Below, piece after piece: positions 1 through 12,000 of a stretch of 64,000 nucleotides of DNA; the stretch's first letter is position 1; each line of letters starts with the position of its first letter. The translations under genes were made by a program, and so were the position numbers. Below the pieces are notes generated by a model. That model was given only the letters and a program-made list of their open reading frames with translations. It did not search any database and had not been told where the DNA came from. The stretch spans positions 620,001 to 684,000 of the forward strand of contig NW_027251165.1 of the NCBI RefSeq assembly GCF_044704955.1, read 5' to 3'. This DNA is from Pristiophorus japonicus (Eukaryota).

Positions 1-3000
1 GGGTTTGTTTAGATTTGGGGCCGGGTTCTGTTCGGTTGCAGCCAGGTTCTTTTGGGGCCAGTTTCGCTCACGGCCGGGTTCGGTTTCGGCCGATTTCGGT
101 TGGGTCCGGTCTCAGTTGGGGACGGTTTCGTTGCGGAATGGTTCGGTTCGGTTGGGGCTGGGTTCGGTTCGGTTAGCTTGGGGATGGTTTCGGTTCATCC
201 GGTTGGGGCCAGGTTCGGTTCAGTTGGGCTGGAGATGTTGGTTTCGGGCCGGGTTCGCTTGCGACTTGGTTCGGTAAGGTTCGTGCCAGTTTCGGTTCAG
301 TTTGGGACGGGTTCGGTTCGGTTGGGGCCGGGTTCAGTTGGGGATGGATTCGTTAGGGACGGGTTCGGTTCGGTTCGGTTGGGTGCGTGTTCGGATCAGT
401 TCGGCTGGCGCTGGGTTCAGTTCGTACTTTTGGGGCCACGTTTGATCTGTTGGGGCTGGATTTGGGTCGGTTGGGGCCGGGTTCGCTTGGGTTTGTTTCG
501 CTATGGTTGGTGAAAGGTTCGGTTCAGTTTGGGAAGTTTCGGTTCGGTTGGATGAGGCTTCGGTTTGGTTGCGGCCGTGTTTGATTGGGGGACGGGTTCG
601 CTTCAGTGGGGGCCGGGTTCGGTTCTGTTGCGACCATGTTCGGCTTGTTTGGGACCGGGCTTTGTTCGATTGGGGTCGTGTTCGGTACAGGTGGTGCCAG
701 GTTCGGTTTAGTTCGGGAAGGTTTTGTTTCGGACGGGGAGTGGATCGTTCGGGGCCTGGTTCGCTTCGTTTGGTGCCGGGTTTGCTTGGTTGGGTGCCGG
801 TTCTGCTAGTTTGGAGCCGGGTTCAGTTCGGTTGTGGCCAGGTTCGATTGCGGCCGATTTAGGTTCGGGCCGGTGCGCTTTAGGCCGCGTTCAGTTCGGT
901 TGGAGCAAGTTCGTTTCAGTTCAGAACAGGTTCGGTTGAGGCAGGGATCGAATGGGGCCGGATTTGGTTTGGTTGGAGCCAGGTTCGGTATGGTTGGGGC
1001 AGGTTTAATTCGGTTGGGTGACGGGTTCGGATCAGTTAGATTGTGGCCAGTTTCGATTGGGGCAGGGACCAGTTCGGTTCGAGCCGGGTTCGGTTTAGTT
1101 GGGCCAAGGTTAATTTGTGGCGGGTTTTGGTTCGGTTGGGGCCGTGTTTGCTTGGGACAAGTTATGTTCAGTTTGGAACAAGTTCGTATCGGAATGGTTC
1201 ATTCAGTTGTGGCCGGGTTCTGTTCGGGACGGTTTCATTTTGGTTCGGTCCGGTTGTGGCCGGATTCAGTTCAGTTAGGTTGGGGCCAGGTTCGGTTCGT
1301 TTGGGGCCGGGCTCGATTCGGTTGGGCCAAGTTTCGGTTCGGTTGGCACTCGGTTCGCTACGGTAGGGACAGCGTTCGGATTGGTTAGGGCCAGGTTGGT
1401 TTCAGTTGGGGCCGGGTTTGGTACGGTTGACACAGGGTTCGGTTCGGTTGGGACCGCGTTCGGTTCGGTTTGGGACGGCTTCTGTTCGTTTCGGTTAGGC
1501 TGGTTCAGTTTGGTTGTTCCGTGTTCGGATCGGTTGGGGCCGGGTTTAGTACGTTTGGTTCCGGGTTCGGTTCGGTTGGGGCCGGGTTCTGTTCGTTTGG
1601 GGACTGGTTCAGTTCCGTTGTAGCCGGGGTCGGTTCGATTGCGGCCGGGTTTGTTTGGAGCCCGGTTCGGATCGTTTGGGGCCAGGTTCGATTGGGGCCG
1701 GTTACATTTCAGTTCGGCCCAGATTCGTTTGGGCCGGGTTTGTTTCGATTTGGACCGGGTTCGGCTCGGTTGCAGCCAGGTTCGTTTGTGGCTAGTTTCT
1801 GTCACGGCCGGGTTTGGTTTGGGCCGAGTACGTTTGGGGCCGGTTTCAGTTGGGGACGGTTTTGTTGCGGAATGGTTCGGTTCTATTGGGGCTGGGTTCG
1901 GTTCGGTTAGCTTGGGTATGGTTTTGGTTCATGCAGTTGCGGCCAGGTTCGGCTCAGTTGGGGCTGGAGTTGGATCTTTTCGGGCCGGGTTCGGTTGGGA
2001 CTTGGTTCGGTACGGTTGGTGCTAGTTTCGGTTCAGTTTGGTACGGTTTCGGTTCGGTTGGGGCCGGGTTCTGTTAGGGATGGATTCGTTGGGGACAGGT
2101 TCGGTTCGGTTCGGTTGGGTCCGTGTTCGTTTCAGTTCGGTTGGCGCTGGGTTCTATTCGTTCTGTTGGGGACACAATCGGTTCGGTTGTGGCTGGATTT
2201 GGTTCGGTTCGGGCCGGTTTCGGTTGGGACTTGGTTTGGTATGGTTCGTGACAGGTTCGGTTCAGTTTGGGATGGGTTCGGTATGGTTGGATCAGGCTTC
2301 GGTTTGGTTGCGGCCGTGTTTGATTGGGGCCGGGTTCTATTCAGTTGGGGCCGGGTTCTGCTCGTTTGTGGCCGTGTTCGGTTCGTTTGGGGCCTGGTTC
2401 GTTTCGGTTGGGGCCGGGTTTTATATCGTTAGGGGGCAGATTCGGTTCGGTTGTGGAGTGGTTCGGTTGGGGCCAGTTTCGACTCGGTTGGTGTTGGGTA
2501 TGGTTCAGTTGGGGTCGGGTTTGGTTGGTGCCGGGTTCGGTATGTTTGTTTCCAGGTTTAGTTCAGTTCCGTACGGGTTCCCTTCGGTTGGGGCCGGGTT
2601 CAGTTGGGGACGGATTCGTTGGGGACTGGTTCGGTTCGGTTCAGTTGCGGCCGTGTTCGGTTCAGTTCGGTTGGCGCTGGGTGCCGTCCGTTCAATTGGG
2701 GCCAGTTTCGGTTCGGTTGGAGCTGGATTTGGTTCGGTTGGGGCGGCCTTCAGTTGGGACTTGGTTCGGTACAGTTCGTGCCAAGTTCGGTTCAGTTTTG
2801 AAAGGATTCGGTTCGGTTGGATCCGGCTTCGCTTTTGTTGCGGCCGTGTTAGGTTGGGCCCGGGTTTGATTCAGTAAGGGCCGGGTTCGGTTCAATTGTG
2901 ACAAAGTTCGTTTGGGGTTGGGTCCGGGATTGGTTTGGTTGGGAACGAGTTCGGTTTGGTTGGGGCCACTTTTGGTTCGGTTGTGGCCGAGATCGGTTCA

Positions 3001-6000
3001 GTTGGGGCCGCGTTCGGTTCGATTGGCGCCGGGTTCGCTTCGGTTGGGGCCGGGTTCTGTTCGGTTGGGTCCAGTTTCTGTTCGTTTCGGTTGGTGCCGG
3101 GTTTGCTTTGGTCGGGGCCGGCTTCGCTTATGTTGGGACCAGCTTCAGCTCTGCTCAGTTGGGGCTGAGATCGGTCCGGTTCGTTTGATGCCTGGTTCGT
3201 TACATTTGGGGCTGGGTTCGGGTTTATTGTTGCAATTTTCGGTTGGGGCCGGTTTTGTTTCTGTTGGGCCCGGGTTAGGTTGGAGCCGGGTTCGGTTGCG
3301 GCCGGGTTCGGTTCGGTGGGGGCTGTGTTCGGTTCGGTAGGGTCTGTGTTCGGTTCGGTTGGGGACGATTTCTATTTGTTTCGGGCTCGTTGCAGTTTGG
3401 TACGGGGCGGTTTCGGTTCGGTTGGGGCCGGTTGGGTAAGGTTAGTGTAGGTTGGGGTCAGTTGTTGTCGGGTTCGGTTCGGTTGATGCGCGATTCGCTT
3501 CGGTTGGGGCCGGGTTCGTATCGGTTGGTGATGGGTTCGGCTGGGGCCGGCGTCGGTTCGGTTGGGGCCAGGTTTGGTTCGGCTGTGGCCGGCTTCGTTC
3601 GGTTGGGTCCAGTTTCTGTTTGGTTCAGTTGGGCCTTGGTTCGGTTCGATACGTTTGGGGTCCAGTTCGGTAAATTTGGGGATGGGTTCGGTTCGGTGAC
3701 GGCCACTTTAGTTTGGGAACGGGTTCGGATCTGGCCGGGTTCGGGTCAGTTGCGGCCGGGTTTGATTCGGTTGGGGCAAGTCCGGTTGAGTTCCGGTGGG
3801 TTCAGTTAAGTTCGTTGGTTCGGTGCCGGGTTCTGTTGGTTAAAGTTTCGCTTCAGTATTGTTGGGGCCGGGTTCGGTTAGGGCCGGGTTAGGTTCAGTT
3901 GGGGATGGTTTCGTTTTGTTTGGGTTGAGGCCGGGTTCGGTTCGGTTGGGGCCGAGTTATTTTGGGGCCGAGTTCTGTTGGGGCCGGGTATCGTTGGGGA
4001 GGGATTTGTTGCGGACGTGTTTGGTTCGTTTGGGCCCGGGTACGGTTCTGTTCGGTCGGGTCTGGGTACGGTTAAGCCAGTTTCGGTTCGGTTGGTGCTG
4101 AGTTTGGTTCAGTTGGGTGCGGGTTCGTATTGGGCTGGGTTCTGTATGATTTTTTCCAGGTTCGGTTCAGTTCCATACGCATTCGGTTCGGTTCAGTTGA
4201 GGTGGATTCGTTGGGGACGGGTTCGGTTCGGTTCAGTTGGGGCTGTGTTCGGTTCAGTTCGGTTGGTGCTGGTTTCGATTCGTTCTGTTGGGACCAGATT
4301 CGGTTCGGTTGGGGCTGGATTTGGTTCGGTTGGGAACATGTTCAGTTGGGACTTTGTTCGGTATGGTTGGTGCCAGGTTCGGTTCAGTTTGGAAAGGGTT
4401 CTGTTCGGTTGGATCCGGCTTCGGTTTGTTTGCTACCGTGTTTTGTTGGGTCCGGGTTCGGTTCAGTTGGGTCCGGGTTCGGTTCAGTTGTGACCATGAT
4501 CGCTTCGGTTGGGGCCGGGTTCTGTTCGATTGGGGTCTTGTTTGATAAGGTTGTTGCCAGGTTCGGTTTAGTTCGTGACGGGTTCGGTTCGGTCGGGGAG
4601 GGTTTCGGTTGGGGACGGATTCGCTTCGTTTGGACCGTGTTCGCTATGTTTGGTGACTGGTTCTTCTCGTTTGGCGCCGGTTTCGGTTCGGTTGGTGCCT
4701 GGTTTGATTCGGTTGGGGCAGATTCGGTTCGGTTGGGAAGGAATTCGGTTGGGGCCAGATTCGGTTTGGTTGGGGCTGGGTTTGGTTCAGTTGGGGGCAG
4801 GTTCGGGTTGGGCTGGGTACGGTACGGTTGGTTCCAGGTTCGGTACAGTTCCAGACGGGTTCGTTTCGGTTGGGGCCGTGTTCAGTTGGGGATGGATTCT
4901 TTGGGGACGGGTTCGGTTCTGTTCGGTTGGGGACGTGTTCGGTTCAGTTCGGTTGTAGCCAGTTTCGGTTCGGTTGGCCTGGAGTTGGTTCTGGTTGGGT
5001 CGGATTTGGTTGGGACTTGGTTCAGTATGGTTGCTGCCAGGTTCGGTTCAGTTTGGAAAGGGTTCGGTTCGGTTGGGTCCGGCTTCGGTTTGGTTGCAGC
5101 CGTGTTTGGTTGGGGCGTGGTTCGGTTCAGTTGGGGCCGGGTTCGGTTCAGTTACGACGATGTTCGCTTCGGTTGTGGACGGGTTCTGTTCGATTGGGTT
5201 CGTGTTCGGTACGTTAGTTGCCAGGTTCAGTTTAGTTCGGGACGGGTTTGGTTCGGACTAGGAGGGTTTCGGTTGCGGACGGATTCTCTTTGTTTGGGGC
5301 CGAAATCGCTTCGATTAGGCCGGGGTTCTCTTGGTTTGGGGCCGGGTTCTGCTCGTTTGTGGCCTGGTTCGGATCGGTTGTGGCAGGGTTCGTTTCGTTT
5401 GGGGCCGAGTTTGGTTCGGTAGGGGGCAGATTCGGTTCGGTTGGGGCTGGGTTCGAGATGGTTGTTTCCAAGTTCGGTTCAGTTCCGACGCTTTCAGTTC
5501 GGTTGTGGCCGTGTTCAGTGGTGGACGGATTCGTTGGAGACTGGTTCGGTTCGGTTCGGTTGGGGCCGTGTTCGGTTCAGTTCGGTTGGCGCTGCGTTCG
5601 GTTTGTGATTTTGTGGCCAGTTTCGGTTCGGTTGGGGCTGGATTTGGTTCGGTTAGGGCCGTGCTCGGTTCAGTTTGGAAATGCTTCGTTTCTGTTGGGT
5701 CCGGCTTCGGTTTGGCTGCGGCCGTATTTGGTTGGGGCCAGGTTCGGTTCAGTTGGGGCCGGGTTCGGTTCAGTTGCGACCATGTTCGCTTCGGTTGGGG
5801 ACGGGTAGTGTTCGATTGGGGTCATGTTAGGTACGGTTGTTGCCAGGTTTGGTTTAGTTCGCGACGGGTTTGTTTCAGTCGGGGAGGGGTTCGATTGGGG
5901 ACGGAGTCGCTTCGTTTGGGGTGGGGTTCGCTTCGTTTCGGACCGGGTTCTGTACGTTTGTGGCCTAATTCGGTTCGGTTGCGGCCGGGTTCGTTTCGGT

Positions 6001-9000
6001 TGGGGCCGGGTTTGGTTCGGTAGGGGGCAGATTCGGTTCGGTTGTGGAGGGGTTACGTTGGGGCCAGGTTAGATTCGGTTGGGGCTGGGATTGGTTCCGT
6101 TGGGGGCGTCTTCGGTTTGGGCTAGGTTCGGTACTGTTGTTTCCAGTTTTGGTTAAGTACCAACGTGTTCGGTTCGATTGTGGCCGTGTTCAGTTAGGGT
6201 CGGTTTCATTGGGGATCATTTCGTTTAGGTTCGGTTGTGGCCGTGTTCGGTTCAGTTCGGTTGGCGCAGGGTTCGGTTCGTTCTGTTGTGGCCAGGTTCG
6301 GTTTGGTTGGGGCTTGATTTGGTTCGGTTGGGGCCGGGTTCGGTTGGGATTTGGTTCAGTACGGTTAGTGCCAGGTTCGGTTCAGTTTGGAAAGGGTTCG
6401 GTTCGGTTGTATTCGGCTTTGGTTTGGTTGCGGCCGTGTTTGGTTGTGGCCCGGTTCGTTTCAGTTGGGGCCTGGTTCGGTTCAGTTGCGACCATGTTCG
6501 CTTCGGTTGGAACCGGGTTCTGTTAGATTGGGTCGTGTTTGGTACGGTTGTTGCCATGTTCGTTTTAGTTAGGGACGGGTTTGGTTCGGTCGGGGAGGGG
6601 GTCTGTTGGGGACGGATTCGCTTCGTTTGGGGCCGGGTTCTGCTAGTTGGGGCTGGGTTCGGTCCGGTTGTGGCCGGGTTCGTTTCCTTTGGCGCCGGGT
6701 TTAATTCGGTTGGGGGCAGATTCGGTTTGGTTGGGAAGAATTTCGGTTGGGGCCAGGTTCGGTTCGGTTGGGGTGAGGTCCGGTTGCAGCTGTGTTCTGT
6801 TCGGTTGGGGCCAGGTTCGGTTTGGTTGGGGCTGGTTTTGGTTCAGTTGGGGCCCAGGTTCGGGTTGAGCTGGTTTCGGTACGGTTGCTTCCAGGTTCGG
6901 TACAGTTCCGGACTGGTTCGGTTCGGTTGGGGCCGTGTTCAGTTGGGGATGGATTGGTTGCGGACGTGTTTGGTTCGGTTTGGCCCGGGTACGGTTCGGT
7001 TCGATCTGGGCTAGGTTCGATTAAGCCAGTTTCGGTTCGGTTGGGGCTGGGTTTGGTTCAGTTGGGGGCAGGTTCGTATTGGGCTGGGTTCGGTACGGTT
7101 GTTTCCAGGTTCGGTTCAGTTCCATACGCGTTCGGTTCGGTTGGGGCCGGGTTCAGTTGAGGAGGATTCGTTGGGGACGGGTTCGTTTCGGTTCGGTTGG
7201 GGCCGTGATCGGTTCAGTTCGGTTGGTGCTGGTTTCGATACGTTCTGTTGGGACCAGGTTGGGTTCGGTTGGGCTGGATTTGGTTCGGGTGGGACCGGTT
7301 CAGTTGGGACTTGGATCGTTATGGTTGGTGCCAGGTTAGGTTCAGTTTGGAAAGGGATCGGTTTGGTTGGATTCAGCTTCAGTTTGATTGCTGCCGTGTT
7401 TGGTTGAGGCCGTGTTCGGTTCAGTTGGGTCCGGGTTCGGTTCAGTTGTGACCATCATCGCTTCGGTTGGGGCCGGGTTCTGTTCGATTGGGATCGTGTT
7501 TGATTAGGTTGTACCAGTTTCGGTTTAGTTCGGGACGGGTTTGGTTCGGTCTGGGAGGGTTTCGTTTGGGGACGGATTCGCTTCGTTTGGGACCGTGTTT
7601 GCTTCGTTTGGGGACGTGTTCTGCTCGTTTCGGGCCGTGTTTGGTTCGGTTGGGGTCGGGTTTGGTTCGGTTGGGGGCAGATTCGGTTCAGTTGGGGAGG
7701 AGTTCGGTTGGGTCCATGTTCGGTTTGGTTGGGGCTGGGTTTGGTTCAGATGAGGGCAGGTTCGGCTTGGGCTGGTTTCGGTACGGTTGCTTCCAGGTTC
7801 GGTACAGTTCCGGACGGGTTCGGTTCGGTTGGGTCCGTGTTCAGTTGGGGATGGATTCGTTGGGAACCGGTTCGGTTCGGTTCGGTTGGGGCCGTGTTCG
7901 GTTCAGTTCGGTTGGCGCTGCGTTTGGTTCGTTCTGTTGGAACCAGTTTCGGTTCAGTTGGGGCTGGATTTGGTTCGGGTTGGGCCGGATTCGGTTGGGA
8001 CTTGGTTCGGTACGGTTGGTGCCAGGTTCGGTTCAGTTTGGAAAAGGTTCGGTTCGGTTGGGTCCTGCTTCGGTTTGGTTGCAGCCGTGTTTGTTTTGGG
8101 CCCGGTTCGTTTCAGTCGGGTCCGGGTTCGGTTCAGTTACGACGATGTTCGCTTCGGTTGTGGACGGGTTCTGTTCGATTGGGTTAGTGTTCGGTACGGT
8201 TGTTGCCTGGTTCAGTTTAGTTCGGGACGGGTTTGTTTCGGTCGAGGAGGGTTTCGGTTGGGGACGGATTCTCTTCGTTCCGGGCCGGAATCGCTTCGTT
8301 TGGGGCCGGGTTCTCTTCGTTTGGCGCCAGGTTCTGCTCGTTTGTGGCCGGGTTCGGTTTGGTTGCGGCCGAGTTCGTTTCGGTTGGGGCCGGATTTGGT
8401 TCGCTAGTGGGCAGATCCGGTTCGGTTGTGTAGGGATTTGGTTGGGGCCAGGATTGCTTTGGTTGGGGCTGGGTTTAGTTCAGTTGGAGGCGGGTTCGGT
8501 TTGGCCTTGGTTCGGAATGGTTGTTTCCAAGTTCGGTTCAGTTTCCGACGCTTTCGGTTCGGTTGAGGCCGTGTTCAGTTGGGGACGGATTTGTTGGAGA
8601 CTGTTTCGATTCGGTTCGGTTGGGGCCGTGTTCGGTTCAGTTCGGTTGGCGCTGGGTTCGGTTTGTACTTTTGTGGCCAGGTTCGGTTCGGTTGGGGTTG
8701 GATTTGGTTCGGTTAGGGCCGGGTTCGGTTCAGTTTGGAAAAGGATCATTTCTGTTGGGTCCGGCTTCGGTTTGATTGCGGCCGTGTTTGGTTGGGGCCG
8801 GGTTCGGTTCAGTTGGGGCCGTGTTCCGTTCAGTTGCGACCATGTTCGCTTCGGTTGGGGACGGGTTCTGTTCCATTGGGGTCGTGTTCGGTATGGGTGT
8901 TGCCAGGTTCGGTTTATTTCTGGACGGGTTTGTTTCGGTCGGTAAGGGGTTCGGTTGGGGATGGAGTCGCTTATTTGGGGCGCGGTTCGCTTCGTTGGGA

Positions 9001-12000
9001 CCGGGTTCTACTCGTTTGTGGCCGGTTTCGGTACGGTTGGGGCCGGATTCGTTTCGGTTGGGGCCGGGTTTTGTTCGGTAGGGGGCAGATTCGGTTCGGT
9101 TGTGGAGGGGTTCCGTTTGGGCCAGGTTAGATTCGGTTGGAGCTGGGTTTGATTCCGTTGGGGGCGGCTTCGGTTTGGGCTGGGTTCGGTACGGTTGTTT
9201 GCAGATTCGGTTAAGTACCAACGTGTTCGGTTCGGTTGTGGCTGTGTTCAGTTGTGGACGGATTTGTTGGGGTTCATTTCGTTTCGGTTCGGTTGGGGCC
9301 GTGTTCGGTTCAGTTTGGTTGGCTCTGGGTTCGGTTCGTTCGATTGTGGCCAGGTTCGGTTTGGTTATGGCTTGATTTTGTTCAGTTGGGGCCGGGTTCT
9401 GTTGGGACTTGGTTCAGTACGGTTGGTGCCAGGTTCGGTTCAGTTGGGGCCGGATTCGGTTCAGTTGCGACCATGTTCGCTTCGGTTGGAGCCGGGTTCT
9501 GTTAGATTGGGGTCGTGTTTGGTACGGTTGTTGCATGTTCGTTTTAGTTCGGGAAGGGTGTGGTTCGGTCGGGGAGGGGTTCTGTTGGGGACGGATTCTC
9601 TTCGTTTGGGGCCGGGTTCGCTTCGTTTGGGTCCCGGGTTCTGCTAGTTGGGGCCGGGTTCGGTTCGGTTGTGGCCGGGTTCGTTTCGGTTGAAGCCGGG
9701 TTTAATTCGTTTGGGGGCAGATTCGGTTCGGTTGTGAATAAGTTCGGTTGGGGCCAGGTTCGGTTCGGTTGGGGTGAGGATCGGTAGCGGCTGTGTGCGG
9801 TTCGGTTGGGGACTCGTTCGGTTGGGGACGGGTTCGGTTCAGTTGGGTTGGAGCTGTGTTCAGTTCTGTTGTGGCCGGTTTCCGTTCACTTGGGGCAGGG
9901 TTCGGTTGGGTTGTAGACGAGTTCGGTTTGGTCGGGGCCGGTTTCGATTTGGTAGGGGCCAGTTTCTGTTTGGTCCAGTTGGGGCGGCGTTCTGTTCGGG
10001 CCAGTTTCGATTGGGGCCGGGTTCGACTGGGGCCCGGTTTAGTTCAGTTCGGTTGGGGCCTGGTTTGGTTCGATTGGGGCCAGATTCATTTCGGTTGTTG
10101 CTGGATTTGGTTCGGTTGGGTCCGCATTCCGTTCATTTGGGGTCAGGTTCGAGTGGGGCCCGGTTCGTTTCCTATGGGGCCGGGTTCGTTTCGTTTCGGG
10201 CTAGCTTTGGTCGGGGGCGGATTCGTTTCGTTTGTGGCGAGGTTCGATTTCGGCCTGTTTGGAATCAGATCGGGCCGGGTTCGTTTGGGCCGGGTTCGGA
10301 CCATTAGGGGCCGGGTTTGGTTCGATTGGGGCCGGGGTCTGTTCGTTTGTGGCGAGGTTCGATTTGGGCCTGTTTGGAATCAGATCGGGCCGGGTTCGTT
10401 TGGGCCGGGTTCGGACCATTATGGGCCGGGTTTGGTTCGATTGGGGCCGGGGTCAGTTCGGTTGTGGCCAGGTTCGATTGGGGCCGGTTTTGGTTCGGGC
10501 CGGTGAGTTTTCGGCCCGGTTCAGTTCGGTAGAGGCAAGTTCGTTTAAGTTCAGGAGAGGTTCGGCTGAGTCCAGGATCGAATGGGGCCGGATTGTGTGC
10601 TGTTGTGTTGGGGCCGGGTTCGGTTAGTTTGGGGCCGGGTTTGGTTTGGTTGGAGCCAGGTTGGCTATGGTTGGGGCAGGTTTTAGTTCGGTTGGGTGAC
10701 GTGTTCGGACCAGTTAGATAGGTGCCAGTTTCTATTGGGACCGGGATCAGTTCGGTTCCGGCGGGGTTTGGTTTAGTTGGGCCAGGGTTTAGTTGGGGCC
10801 GGTTTTGGTTCGGTTTGGGCCGTGTTTGCTGGGGACAAGTTCGGTTCAGTTTGGAACAAGTTCGTTTCGGAATGATTCGTTCAGTTGTGGCCGGGTTCTG
10901 TTGGGGACGGTTTCATTTCGGTTCGCTTCGGTTCGGTTGTGGCCGGATTCGGCTCAGTTAGGTTGGGGCCGGATTCGGTTCGGTTGGGGCCGGGCCCGGT
11001 TCGGTTGGGGCCAGGTTCGGGTCGGTTGGCACTGGGTTCGTTTCGGTAGGCACCGCCTTCAGATTAGCCAGGGCCGGGTTGGGTTCAGTTGGGGACGGGT
11101 TCCGTATGGTTGGTACAGGGTTCGGTTCGTTTGGGACAACGTTCGGTTCAGTTTGGGACGGGTTCTGTTGGTTTCGGTTGGGGCTGGTTCATTTTGGTTG
11201 GGTCCGTGTTCCGATCGGTTGGGGCCGGGTTCAGTATGGTTGGTTCCGGTTTCGGTTCGGTTGGGGGCGGATTCTGTTCGTTTGGGGACTGGTTCAGTTC
11301 CGTTGAAGCCGGGGTTGGTTCGATTGAGGCCGGGTTTTGTTGGGGCCCGGTTCGGATCGTTTGGGGCCAGGTTCGATTGGGGCCGGTTTCATTTCAGTTC
11401 GGGCGAGGCTCATTTGGGCCGGGTTTGTTTAGATTTGGGGCCGGGTTCTGTTCGGTTGCAGCCAGGTTCTTTTGGGGCCAGTTTCGCTCACGGCCGGGTT
11501 CGGTTTCGGCCGATTTCGGTTGGGTCCGGTTTCAGTTGGGGACGGTTTCGTTGCGGAATGGTTCGGTTCGGTTGGGGCTGGGTTCGGTTCGGTTAGCTTG
11601 GGGATGGTTTCGGTTCATCCGGTTGGGGCCAGGTTCGGTTCAGTTGGGCTGGAGATGTTGGTTTCGGGCCGGGTTCGCTTGCGACTTGGTTCGGTAAGGT
11701 TCGTGCCAGTTTCGGTTCAGTTTGGGACGGGTTCGGTTCGGTTGGGGCCGGGTTCAGTTGGGGATGGATTCGTTAGGGACGGGTTCGGTTCGGTTCGGTT
11801 GGGTGCGTGTTCGGATCAGTTCGGCTGGCGCTGGGTTCAGTTCGTACTTTTGGGGCCACGTTTGATCTGTTGGGGCTGGATTTGGGTCGGTTGGGGCCGG
11901 GTTCGCTTGGGTTTGTTTCGCTATGGTTGGTGAAAGGTTCGGTTCAGTTTGGGAAGTTTCGGTTCGGTTGGATGAGGCTTCGGTTTGGTTGCGGCCGTGT